A DNA stretch of 64,000 nt from Lepidodermella squamata (taxonomy: Eukaryota; Animalia; Gastrotricha), in NCBI GenBank assembly GCA_047495785.1, contig JBLDXI010000103.1, positions 62,001 through 126,000 on the forward strand, given 5' to 3'. Under the pieces are notes generated by a model, which ran no database searches, was not told where the DNA came from, and saw nothing but the letters and a program-made list of their open reading frames with translations. The position numbers and the translations under genes were made by a program. Every line of letters begins with the position of its first letter. The stretch's first letter is position 1. Shown here one piece after another: positions 10,733 through 23,908 of the stretch.

Positions 10733-13700
10733 ATGACTTCACTTATTCTTTCAACCGCCCTAATTTTCACCTCAATTTTCGCGTTCAACACCGCCGAATA
10801 TTTCTCACGAGACGGCGACATCACAATAGGCGTTGTCCTGCCCATCCACGACGTCGAGGGCGTTAACAAAGGCATCGCTGGACCGGCCAAGGCCATCGTG
10901 TCCAATGGAACCGTCTGCACTGGCCCGTTGATAGGCACGCGCGCCTTTTTGGTGCCGCAATTTCGCCGGCTGATTGATGAAATTAATGCGGATGCGCGGA
11001 TTTTGGGTGGGTATAAGCTCGGCTATGAGATAGTTGATACTTGCTCGTCGCCGAATGCGGCTGCGGCGCAGGCGACGCGGTGGATGGCGGCCAAGGTGGA
11101 TATTGATGCCAATAACTTCACTCTGCCGGCTGGCTTCAAGGCTAGGCCGATGCCGTTTGTCCTGGGCGGGTATACCAGCGATATTTCACTGCCACTCGCG
11201 TCTATGCTCAATCAGGTAAATATGCCGGAATTTTCCTGGAATTGAATGCCTTAAAGAACTCACCGGGTCCACCCTAAATTTAGCCTATTTTTCATCGATT
11301 TACGACTCCATTTGATTGGGGGAAAATTATTGAAATTGTAGGAATTCCTGTAACAAGTTTTGAAAATCATGAATCCAAAATAAATTGGGAAAAAATTTGT
11401 AAACGAGATTTGCAGTGAATTTTCAATGCTTTAATTCCTAAATCTATCGCAAAATTCGAAATAAGAATAAAATTATATTTTTATCAAATTTCTCAATTTC
11501 GGGAAAATAGGATCAAAATCACTCAAAACGGGGGAAAATTTAATAAAAAAGACTTTCATAACCTTGATAAGGTGTAAATGGGAATTTTCAGGAAATAAAG
11601 GAATCGAAGCCTAATGGAACAATATTTTCCTTTCTTCAAAATTCGGGAACTTCGAGATTCATTAAAGCAATATCCAAATTAGGAATTGGGATACCATTTG
11701 GCCCTACCTGAGGGTTTGATCAACTTAGAAATTTGAAGCATTTATTGAAAATATTCGAAAATCGCCTTTTATCATGGTTCGTTTCGATGCCAAATTTCGA
11801 AATTTAGATTTTATTCCGCTTAATATGCGACTCGATTAGGAATAGCTCTTGGGAGCTCATTAAATTAATGGTGAAAATGCCAATAATTACTGAGAAAATT
11901 AAACAATTTCCTAATTAATTATTTCGAAAGGGAAACGAGAAAATAAGCACACCTCATTGTTTCAGAGGAGAAAGAAATATGCAGAGATAAGAAACGGTTA
12001 TGGAATTCAATTTAACTACAATTTAATTGGCTAGAGGTCTTAGATTTTTATATTTTTCCTAATATTTGTGTCAATTTCAGGTTGAGATTCCGATGATAGG
12101 ATTTGCTGCTACAACGCCGTTGCTAAGCAACCGCGTCGCGTTCCCACTCTACGCCCGAACGTCGGCCAGCCATCGGTTCCAAGCCACCGCCATCCGATCA
12201 ATCATGTTCCAATACTTCCGCTGGAACTGCTCTCACATCATCTACAGCGAGGGCGTCTACGGCGAGACGGGCGCGGACGCCCTGCGATCAGAATTCGACA
12301 ACAACGGCATTTGCAGGACAAGCGATGTCAAAGCCCCGTCTGGCCCACGTTCTGACCCGACTGCTGTGGCGAAATTGCGAGACATTGTCGAGACGATAAC
12401 GGCGAGACAGCCCACATCGCCGATTATTGTCTGCTTTTGCGACGAAGGGACCATGGCTAATCTGTTGATAGCCCTTCGAGATGCGTATCAAAGGCAGACC
12501 AGGGATAAAAGGTTCAGGTTTATTGTTATGGGAACTGATGCCTGGGGCATTACGCTGCCGTTGGATGATGTCCAGTCTTCAGCCAACGGTGCTATTACAA
12601 TAAGACCAGGTAAAAATATCTAATTTTCAATCCCTTGAAAAAGTACATAAAAAAATTGGTAGGTAAATATTCTGTTTTTCGAGTTTCATTTTTTACTAAT
12701 TTTTCTAATTTTTCATGGACTTATAATCCTATTTTCCGAACTCTAAAATCTAATCATTTGTCCCTTTTCAATTCAGGTGCTGGCGAAGTGCCAAATTACG
12801 CTGAATGGGTGTCTGCAAATTTGCAGTCGATCATCAGCCCAGATAATGCCGATCCTTGGATTCCTTACTTCCTGCAAGAACGCTACAACCTATCGCCACT
12901 TCAATACGAACAACAGCGTACCGCTTTGAAATTAGACCCGAAAGATGTGCCAAAGGACGACACCCTTCTGCTGATGACAATAGCCCTGAAAGCTGGAGTT
13001 TACGCCTTGAAAGCTGTTTTAGACTCTAATTGCCCGTTGTTGAGACCTGGGGCTAGTTTGAAGGAAAGGTGTGGCGCGACTTATGCGCGATACGTCTACA
13101 GCGGCAAACAGTTGTATGCCAATTTGAATGGGTCAATCTCGAATTTGCCGCCTAATGAGCGGCTGTACTTCTTGGATAACATGGACGGCCAGCCTGTTTA
13201 CGACTACTACTATTACAGGTAAGTATTTTGCCGGAAATAATAAATTGCATTATTTGAATTACAATGGAGGTTGCATGTGAGGAGGGGTATAAGTGAATCG
13301 CAACTTCAGCTCATGAGAAGATCATCCGGGAAGCCCAAATAAGAGATCCTATATCCATTATATACCTTGGGAACCTTCCGTGGACCCTTTGACCTTCGGG
13401 GCCTTTTGGGACCTCTTGATCTTTTGGGGATCCTCTGGACCTCTTGAACTTTCTGATTCTACAGGGACCTTCTATTCGTCGAAAAACATCCTTTTCGAGG
13501 AACCTAATACCTAATTCGTAAACTGATAAGCCTCAACATTCACAGTAGCTGTGTAGTATGTAGAACTACATCCCTTTCGTTTTTCATAGGTCTTCCCTCG
13601 GTTATCAAAAAATCGGCGAGTACAAGCCAGAATACCGCGGATTCGCCAAGACCTCCCAAGTTGCTGAGGACGCTCAAAATTGGCCAGATTCCGGTTTACC

Positions 13701-15417
13701 TATCATCGGAACCTGCCCAACCTCAGCCACAAATAAGCCCGACCCAAGGCAGCCAACAATCGGCAATTCCTGCCCTTCTATCTACTACTACCCGAACCAG
13801 GAACTCATCACCGACAACAAAACCCTTCAAATCTCATGCGCGTATTACTGCCGAGAGAATCAAATCAGAACAGTATGCAACAGCACCCCATCGGCGATCA
13901 TCACAGCCGCGACCTTACCGACTACTACAACAATAGCGTCAATCCTAAGTACAACCCAAGACCAAAGCGGCAAAAGTACCGTGACTGGTCTTGCAGTGGT
14001 CCTAGCCATAGTGGGATGTGCCTTAGCAGTTTGTTTAGGATTCCTGATCTTCGCAATCGTGAAATGCCGAAGGTACCGCAAGCAATTGAGGGAGGCGCAA
14101 AGGGTCCCGGTTAAGGTCCCAGCTCCTAGTGAGATTGCCTCGGAGAAATCGTTCAACCCATACGCTCAGGGCAGGAATGGAGCTTATGCCGCAATGTTCC
14201 CGAACTCAGCAGCATCAAGTTTAACCTATGCCAAACGATACCCAGGCAATAACGGCATCGAATTTTCCGACCTACAGCCGGTTTTGATGGAAAAATCACT
14301 TCAGGACGAGTTGTACCTAGTGCCTCAGTCGAAAAGTGCCTCTCAGGCGTCTCAAACCGCTAGAATTCGAAGGATCATCACTTCGTTAGGAGGCACTGAA
14401 GAATTCGTCCGAATGACTGAGCAATTTTTCGTCCCGAATGATCAGCTGATCTGGGGCGAAGCCTTCGCGGATGGCAAGTTCGGTTTCGTCTACCATGGCA
14501 CTTTGAAGAAACCTATGCCCGATGGCAGCAGTAAGGACCCAGCGTTACAGGATCTTCCCGTTGCGATTAAGGTGTTGAAATCGCGGGACGGCGAGGATTT
14601 GTTGGATTTCTTGAAAGAGGCCTACCTCATGCAGGCCTTTCATCACCCGAATGTTATGGAGTTGCTAGGCATTTCGCTGCTGTTCGACCAGCCGCATATT
14701 GTTGTGCCACTTATGACTAATGGCAACTTGCGGGATTTTGTTAGGCAGCATTTCACGAGTATCAGCGATGAGCGTCTGCTCAATTTCTGCCTTCAGGTAA
14801 CTGTCTTATCTAATTTGTTGAAAAATTATAACTTGAGATTTAGGTTGCGATAGGTATGGAGTATTTATCTCGAAACAAGTTTATCCACCGCGATTTAGCG
14901 GCTCGCAACGTTCTCGTTGATTCTGAGGGTCTGCTGAAAATCGCCGACTTCGGCATGTCCCGGCACCTGCAACAGTCCGACTATTACAAACCGGTAACCA
15001 TGGACCGGCCACTGCCCATTCGTTGGCACCCTCCAGAGTCGCTTCAAATGCGAACCTTCGACGAAAGGTCCGACGTCTGGTCGTTTGGCGTTGTGATGTG
15101 GGAAGTGTATTCTGGCGGGCAGCAGCCGTATGGCGGATTGTCCAATAACGAGGTCATCGAACACTTGGCAGCTGGGAATCGGCTGCCAAAGCCTGAGCGG
15201 TGCTCGGAGGAAATGTCAGTAATTTTTCTATAAATTGAGACTTTTCTGATTCGATTTGTGCAGATATCACGATGTGATGATGAGGTGCTGGCAAACAGCC
15301 ATCAGTGAACGGCCGTCATTCGCGCAATTGATACAATTGCTCAATACGATATCGTCGAACATGCAAGAGGCCGGGGCTGGAGCTGACAACTTGGCATTTG
15401 CTGGCAGCAGTGTTTAG
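10733..15417 (+). CDS. Venus-flytrap-domain receptor tyrosine kinase (Venus kinase receptor-like architecture)
   Basis: Six exons splice in frame: 10733-11215, 12081-12609, 12777-13218, 13590-14796, 14844-15214, 15264-15417. Domains: signal peptide; class C GPCR-type VFT (GDITIGVVLPIH, LGYEIVDTCS, IPMIGFAATTPLLS); TM LAVVLAIVGCALAVCLGFLIFAIV; tyrosine kinase (VAIK, HRDLAARN, DFG, DYY, SDVWSFGV); C-terminal SSV. Confidence 0.9.
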
Positions 15418-16198
15418 CATTCTCGCCTATTCAGGCAGCTGATATTCAATTATTTTTTATACCTTTTCTCGACTCATCTTCCTTGGTAAAATATGTGCTT
15501 TAATTGTTCGCTAGAAAATTATCTTGCAAATAACTGATTTATGCCACTTGAATGCTGTAAATACGGCGAATGATCAAATTATGTACTGAAGTATTCATTT
15601 TAAAAGTGAATGTTGGAACCGATGATGATAAATGCGTTTTTTATTTTGTATGTAACTCGTTATGGCCGCAAATATCGAAGTGATTTCGCTTCGAATTTTA
15701 CTTACGTATAATATCGTTCATGATTAATTCGCTTCACTTGAATGCTTGCGTGAGTCGAGTAGAGCATCAGCTGACACATGTGTATTTTTCAAAGGCTTTT
15801 TTACAAGTAAAAGACAGATGGACAACTTTCGTGTATATCATGCAAGGTTTGGCTTGGGTGTACCCTATACCCTGGAAGTGATAAATAATTTCCTCATATT
15901 TGGGGCTAATTTTGCATGAGTTCTGAATACACCCAGACTCCGGACAGCTTCAAAAATTGTAAGACGGTTCAATTTTCGACTTGGATTAGTGCGAGTCAAC
16001 GCAAGAGTCCTCAAGGTTTTCATTTTAATTGAACTCTAATTGAAATCTTATTGAAGTGTGATTATAATTGAAACTGTTATATAAAATCGAATCGAAAAAT
16101 GAAGTTTGATCATTCTTAAGCTAAATCAGAGATTTAATCAGGGAAACTTATGGGCGACATAGGTATGCAAGTTTTATTAGAGATATATTTGATGCCTA

Positions 16199-17312
16199 AT
16201 GTTTACGGTTTACGTCAACGAATTGTCAGCAGTTGTTACTCGGTGCAGAATAAAGCAATACGCCGACGATATCACAATTTACTTTTCAAGCAGAAATGTC
16301 AATGAATTACGATCAGTTCTACAGCAAGAGATGAATCGTGTTTGCTCATGGCTCAGCAGCAACTCTTTGGCAGTTAATGGGAAAAAGTCGCAGTTTTTGC
16401 TTTTGCTTTTTTTTTCAAAAGTTATGATCACTCTTGGCTTCACCATTGACTGCAAACTTTTCTTCAAAAAACATATCAAAGGTGCAAAGAGCAAGGCTCG
16501 ACGGGGATTGTATGCCCTCAAACTAGCTGCGAAATTCGTCGACCGAAAAACTGCCATCATGATGGCCAATGGCTTGATATTCAGCCATATCAATTACGGT
16601 GACCTAACCTTAGGTCAGGCAGCACCGACTACTCTAGCAAAGCTTCAGTCAACGCAAGATCGTGCCGTCCGAATCATATGCGGCGCTCACTCACTCGCAG
16701 ATGCGGAGCCTCTTCGCCATCGACTCGGCTGGGTCAACGTTCAACAGAAACACGCCATCCATTTGGCGACATTCATCCACAATTGCCTGAATAAACAAGC
16801 ACCAGCTGCAATTCAAACACTTTTCCAGCTGAACCCGGTCGGCAGCTACTCAACACGTAACACTGAGCCAATGTTCAAGCCGACGTATTTGTCAGTTCGT
16901 GGTACGTTGAGCCTTAGCTATCGCGGTCCCGATCTCGGGAATCAACTGCCTGCAGAAGCTCAAAATGCTGAGTCAGCTGAAGCGTGCCGCTCAAAAGTTT
17001 ATGCTTATTTTCACGAAAGAAATTCCATTGGTTTAGGCCTATGATAAATTCGATACACTATATATTTTTATAATGCTGCGATGCTGTTTTGTTGTGATGT
17101 TATTATGATTTTGTTATTTTACTTAATTCTCATCATTGTTCAATCGCTCACTCTTGCTATATGCACTTAATAACATTTTTTATGTCATCATTTGCCAATG
17201 TCCTATACCTCTGTAACCTGTCCTGCAATTATCTGTTTCATTTTCAATTCACTATTGTCAAGCTGCTCTCTCTTGGGCGTCATAGCTTTGAAATAAATAA
17301 ATAAATAAATAA
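16199..17312 (+). mobile_element. 5'-truncated non-LTR retrotransposon (CR1/L2-like reverse-transcriptase 3' end)
   Basis: ORF 16199-17044 has the QYADD RT motif and a LINE C-terminal region; an AT-rich 3' UTR ends in a (TAAA)n tail at about 17291-17312. Confidence 0.85.
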
Positions 17313-17316
17313 AATA

Positions 17317-18925
17317 CTTGCACAAAAGACATTGCGCAAACACACTTGCACAAAAATGTTTGCACAAACGCGATTTTTTTAGCTAGTTCGATTCGTCTTT
17401 AAAAATGACATATAGCGAATATATATTCCTTTATTCACTTATAAAATATGGGGAAGTAGTTTCATTTGAAACGTGTGATTTGTTTCAAAACGCAGTGTAT
17501 TTTTATATATCGAACTTATGTTAAACTACTAATTCATAAGGGATTATGCGACTATGGGGGCTGTGATCGAAAAAAAATAACAGTATCATAAATTTATAGT
17601 GAGATTTATATTTTTTATATAGCACATAAACCTAATGATTTATCGACGCTTTTATATCATCGCCTGTCTTAATCGACAACATACAAACAATCGCGTTTCT
17701 TTTAAAACATATCCCCAATAATGTCAGACATGCATTATAATGCAATAGTACCTGACATTCGCGCTAACCTGTAGGTGCTACCTAAATTACTGCCACTTGT
17801 AGCTTTCGTTTTGCGTATTTTAATTTTCTATACCATTCATCTCGTTCATAGTTTTCGTTTCATTACCTTCTTTCGAGCAAGGCGCAAAAGTATAGCATTG
17901 AGCACGCAGGTGTAAAACTGCCTTTCAAGTCTGCGTAACTCATAATAACCCGTGGATTTTTAACAGGTCCGATTCGTTATTTTCAAAAAAAACTACTTTC
18001 TCAATTTCATCTGGGGATGATAATTGTGTTGCGAACACTACCAAGATTTGACGAAATTTTGTATTTGCGGAAGGAAATTTCACTGAAGAGGAGAGCTAAG
18101 ATGAGGACGCAAAAGCGCTTTTGCGACGCCGGGGCTATGCGCCAGTTTTTATGCGAAACTTAGCGAAATTTCATTGATAAAAAGCGTGGGTGAATTTTTT
18201 TTGAAATTGTTTCGATGAAAAAATGAAAATCAATATTTTATCTACTGCGCCGCTTGCTTCTATTATTTCAATTCTTTCAGTTCCGACAGTTCTGACAGTT
18301 CTGACAGTTCTAATAATTCCATCAATTTGTATTTTTTCACTCAATTGCTTCAAACATCGCGTGTTTTCATGCCTTTTTGATAGTTTTCCAGATTTTTATC
18401 AAGGGCGTTAATTATTCTCATTCTCCTAGAAAGTTTTCCATCAATTCATAAAACTAACAAATGATTGGGCTACGGAAGATGTGGCAAAAGGAAGAGGCGG
18501 GATGATAAAAGACTGGCTGGCCAGGCTGATTTGAAAAAGATGAATATAATTGAATTCTGATTGCAATTCACTATTCTTAAATCCTCAGCTGAAGCTCCTA
18601 AAAGAGTCGAATCATACTCCAGAACACTACACACCCACGTGCAACAGGTACTGAAGAAGATAGCAAATGGGGAAATGTTTTGCAATGCCACATATAATTC
18701 AGGCAGCTCAAGTAATAAAATTTAGCACGATAATGAGTGATATACTACGATTTTTTTCTGTGTCGCACTATAAATTTGCTATAGTGCTGCTATAACTCTT
18801 ATTTACGTACGATCACAGCCCTCTATGTTATATTCGCTATGTCATTTTCAAAGACGAATCGAACTAGCTAAAAATACCGCGTTTGTGCAAAAATTTTTGT
18901 GCAGTGTCTTTTGTGCAAAATCGTT
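17317..18925. mobile_element. Non-autonomous DNA transposon remnant with ~110 bp inverted repeats
   Basis: 17317-17425 (...ttgcacaaacgcg...tagctagttcgattcgtcttt...atgacat...agcgaatata) is the reverse complement of about 18826-18925. Confidence 0.65.
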
Positions 18926-18978
18926 TGTGCATGTACAGGCATACCTGTGGAAGATTATTTGTTGGGTTCCAAGACAGA

Positions 18979-19177
18979 TGATATCGTTAGCGTCGTTGAA
19001 TAACTCGGATTTAGGCTATTTTACATCCTTTTTAAAGCGAGAGGTCACAAGTAAAAAAGCTTTTGTTTTCGCCTCTTCATTCACGTTAAAAAAGCCGCTT
19101 TTTACTTGTCACTTTTCGCTTTGAAACGGATGTAAACAAGCCTAAATCCGAGTTATTCAACGACGGTAACGATATCT
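18979..19177. mobile_element. MITE-like foldback (~200 bp hairpin)
   Basis: gatatcgttagcgtcgttgaataactcggatttaggc... pairs with ...gcctaaatccgagttattcaacgacggtaacgatatc. Confidence 0.7.
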
Positions 19178-21043
19178 GGAATATTCCCAAGGGAAAATCA
19201 CTGATTTGTAGAATCGATATACTGACCGCTTTTATAGCGCTAAATACCTTGTAATATAGAGATCTCTCAGATAGACGGGAAAATGAAAAATCCAGTGATT
19301 CGATTGAAGACCTCAAACTCCATTTTTTGAGGGATACAGTGCAGGAATATAGCCCTAGCCTTGGGAATTCAAAATGTGCGCGGAACACTGGAATTTAGGG
19401 TGTGCAAATGAAAAATTCCCAGTATATACAATTTTATCTCAACCGTGACTGTGTTTTTCTTTGTTTCGAATAAGAAGTGGAGAAGCTTTCCGCTGGTTTA
19501 GTTCAAATAGTGGCCCGAATTATGAAAATATGGGAAAAAATATGCGCGAATGCCAAATACCCGTAGCTGTTCCAATACAAGCCCATTCTAATCGACCATT
19601 CCTAAGCTTAGGTTTTTCTGACTTCTGAAGACTTCTGACAAAAGAAGGCTTTCATGAAGTCATTTCATTCCATTCTCGAAAATGTTTTTACCGCATAGCT
19701 AAGCCGAGGAAATTCCGCTAATTTGATTCGAAGCTCTAATCGACTTCAGTATGACTTCAGTATGACTTCAATTAATCGAAATGGCGGCCATTGACGTAAA
19801 AAACACATACATACTGTTCCAAAGCCCGACTTTGGGAACGATTTATCCAAGGTCAAGGTTCAAGAATAGCTCCTATTTCAAGGTTGAAATTATGGTAGCT
19901 CGAGTTGCCAGCTTCTCAAATACTATCAATTAGGTGCAATCCAAATTATAGGAGCTAGTAGATCAGAAAGCTTTAGAGAAAAATTCTTATTTTCGAAGCG
20001 CGAAGATCACTCCTCGATGATTGCCAAGTTCAGATAAAAGTAAGAATAAATTGCTTTCAGGTAAATCTACTAGGGTGCGGATGTTCGCCTCTTTTTGAGC
20101 GGGCGAACAAAGGGGTCAACTCGTATTGTTCGAAGTTTTTCGAATGAGCCAAAAGTGCTCGTGCCGGACTGGGTATCATCAAAAACCTTCTTGGCAACTC
20201 GCTTGGCAGCGTGCAGAGTACCTCGTGGCTAATCTAACTTTGAACATAACTTGCGCCGGGAATACCTTCGAAGACAGGTGAAATTTGCTGAAGACTAGAC
20301 ATACTCAATGTACAATGTACTAAAATTGAAAGAAAATCGCACATTTCCTCCGCGCGCGCTCCTATTGGCTGGGGCTTGTTGCCTTGAAGGAATGCCTCCA
20401 AGCAGCAGATGCTCAGCTTGACATCAAAATCGTCATCGGCCGCTCTAAATTGCGCCTTGGAGCCGAATTTCTTCACGCGTCTGTCTGGCCCTTGGTACGA
20501 TTTCACGATGACTGGGCGATATTCAGGGTGAAAATAAAGCGCGCAGGGTGAGATATCACAGTGATATCTAAATTTCATATAAAACCAGCCAAATATGTCG
20601 CTGGCTCGAATTTCATGATACTCGCGGCATTTGTTGAAGTTTATGGCACCATTCTCATCATAAAAGGCGTATTAATTCGAATTCGTTATTCGTTCCCCTC
20701 TGATCGATCGCTCTCATTATCGAACAAAGCAAACAGCCGGCACGTGACACAGGACTGCAGCGCGATGCGGGGTTATTATTGTTTACATTGTTACCCGCAC
20801 CCACCGCGCCCCTTTACACAGTGAACCGCAGAACATTTCAAATATTAGTGGAGATATTAGTGTTTCTCCTAGGAAAAAGCGATACATCGGGGCCTTGGCA
20901 GTCAATGAGTTAAAGGAAAATAAAAAACGACTGAATGACCGATTTTGAGGCCGTAGCAAAACAAAAAAAATCGCGCCACGCTGCGTCGTTAGTTAGCCTA
21001 TTTTTATCTTGGACTTTGTTCTTTACTAAAAATAGCCAGAGTA

Positions 21044-21844
21044 CTGTAGCGTGGTCTTATTTTGGACAAAAACCTGTTTTTCGGGCTTTGTTTTTTAAGG
21101 TGAGCGAATTTTTTTACGCGATTTACGCCAAAAGATGCGCCTTGAAAAACTGCATATCCTAGTGTTAATTGCGGTAAAAATGTACCTAAACTGACACAGG
21201 TATTCACAGGTAACTGACTCGGCTAATTTCGGACACAACTGGGGTAATTTCGGACAGCTCAGTGTGAATATTTAGATTAGGGTCAAAGTTCACATTAAAG
21301 CGAGATAATATTTGTGAGCAGATTTTAATAGAAAAAAATAAATTGCATGTTGAGGGATTTGAACCCCCGATAGTGAATTGAGCTCTCAACGCAGCTCAGT
21401 GCTATTCTCGCTAAAATATTAAATTTAAAAAACGTCATGGTCGATTGAATTCTCTGCAGTTTATGGCTGTCCGAAATAAGCCGGGGGATTTCGTTTTTTT
21501 GGCTGAATTTCAGGACAAATGAGCAATTTGAATTTGTTCTAAACATGGCCATCTAACTAAAGTCGATGCGCTCTTTCGTTTGCGCTTCTTTCCGGCGAAA
21601 TATACTGCGGAATAAAAAAGTTTGCAATTTTTTACCTCGGCGCACACCTGCGAAGAAGTGCAGCCATTATTCGTAAAAAAAAATGGCTGCGTTTCTCATA
21701 TTTCAGATGTCATTTGAAAGGCGGGACTCTGGACTATTTTCTACATTTCAAACGGTATTTTTATCCACCAGGGTTGAGGAGAAACGTGCGCTCAAAGTCA
21801 AAAGTGTCCGAAATTACCGCGTCCGAAAAAGGACCGCGCTACAG
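21044..21844. mobile_element. Tc1/pogo-like non-autonomous element (TA target site)
   Basis: TA|CTGTAGCGTGGTCTTATTTTGGAC ... GTCCGAAAAAGGACCGCGCTACAG|TA, plus internal aatttcggaca repeats. Confidence 0.7.
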
Positions 21845-22381
21845 TATTACTACGCGAACACCCTGTATATGAAAAATTCTTCGGCTTAAGAGCTGTTGAC
21901 CTATAGGGTGTTTTAAAGTCACTTCTTGAATTGTTAAACTCGCCGAGCTTATGATTTCGAAGCTAGGCGAACAACCTGCAGCTAACGACCGATACCTAAA
22001 TAAATCAGGGGGCGGGAATATGCTCACCGTTTGTTGTTTTTAACATAAAGAAAGGGTCTCTGTTTTTTTGCTTGTTTTCAAGAATTGTTTATATGATAAA
22101 GAATCGCACGCTCTGTAATGTGTAAACAATAAATCAAAGGGCTGTAAAATCCTATGAGATTAATGCGGTCTTTCAGAAATAGCCTTTTGATAACCTGTTC
22201 GCTTTTCGGTGAAAGCACAGTGACGCCGAAATTGCAAGTGTAAACAAAATTCATCTCAAGCTTACTTCTTAGTGCTTGAGTAATTGAGCAGATTGAATGC
22301 TTTGTCAACAACAAAATTATAGGGCTGTGATATTGTTGTGTATGACGTATCAGAATCATGACTTAAGCAATCTTGGATGGG

Positions 22382-22490
22382 TCAGAATACAGAAACACTT
22401 TTCTTGTACGAATGACTGTATTCATCTTCTGTTCCTGCGGAACCTCGATTCATACAGTCATGAGTACAAGAAAAGTGTTTCTGTATTCTG
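22382..22490. repeat. Short inverted repeat (hairpin), probably a MITE remnant
   Basis: tcagaatacagaaacacttttcttgtac pairs with gtacaagaaaagtgtttctgtattctga. Confidence 0.6.
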
Positions 22491-23908
22491 AGTAAATCCG
22501 AGATTGCTTTTCTCCTCTGTATCTGCTAAAAACTCGGAGAAACGTAGCTAGTAAGTGCGGGAAAAAGTGATCTTGTACGCCATTTATATAGGAAAATGCG
22601 ATAATAAAAAGTCCATCTTAATAAAAGTGTTTCTGTATTGTACAGGAATACAGAAACACTATTTCTGTATCGTTTTTTAGCCTCAATCATAGGAGAATTC
22701 CTGTTACCGTGAAAGATGATTTTTTGTTTGATCTTACGGTATGGTTGAATGTGAGTCAACGACAATACGTGCTCCCCTCTGTAAAAACAGATAGGGTATT
22801 GGCATGTGTGACTAACTTTAGATCAAGCCGTTGGTGCAAAAAATCGACTATAAAATCGACTACAAAATCGACTATAAATACCCAGAAGGCCCTTCATTTC
22901 TGCATTCTACAAGAAGAAAATGTTTGTTTTAATTTGTTTTTCGTTGTGTGCACATTCGATATTAGCACAATACCGATTCGACGAGGATGCTGTTGTAATA
23001 AGCCCACCTCAAATTACCAATTTTGGCGACCGCGGCAGCTGGGAAATGTGTCCCTCTGGCACATTCGTTGTTGGTTACAGCCAGAAAGTCGAGCCTGCAC
23101 AGGGTTCAGGCGACGATACCGCGCTTAATGGCATCAAATTGTTCTGCAGTTCAAGGAGGACAAGCAGTTACGGTACTACTACTATTTCATCATCAGTTGG
23201 CCCGTTTGGTGTTTGGGGCTCTAGTGTTTTTTGTCAGGGAAGCTACGCGATTGGATTTGCTTCGAAAATTGAGCAACCTCGGGGTACGGAGGATGACACC
23301 TCGGTAAACGGCATGAGGCTCCTTTGCGGAAATGGAAATATCATTGAAGCGTCAAATACGATGATGTTTGGCGGCTGGTCAGATGTGAAGAGCTGCAGAA
23401 ACGGCTACGCAATTTGTGGAATCTCAACGGAGGTGGAGAGTAACAAAGGAAGCCTAGGTAAGGAACTCTGATCTATAAAATATATATCCGAATTTAAAAT
23501 TTGGCCCATCCCTATTTTTCAGGCGACGACACTGCGCTGAATCATGCTTGGATGAAGTGTTGCAAATTGCCTGCTGCAAGGCCGTGCGAGCGAGGTTCGG
23601 ACAAATTCGAACAAGTCCTACTTTGTTCGAATCCAGACCAGCCTGATATCGAGGTGAAATGATACACCGCTACTGTTGGCGTCGAACGAGGAACAGAAGA
23701 AGAACGCGGCGGCTCTGAGTCTAACACGAAGGATATCACAATTTCTGGCGTCGCCGAGATCAATTTCGGTGTAATCAAAGCGACACTTGGAGCAACCGTC
23801 GGATTGAGCTCAACAACAGGCTATGACTGGCGTACGACAAGTAGCACCTTTTTTCGTGAGGAGACGACTCAGCAGATTGAGGCATCCGTTCCATATGGCC
23901 GCGAAGTA

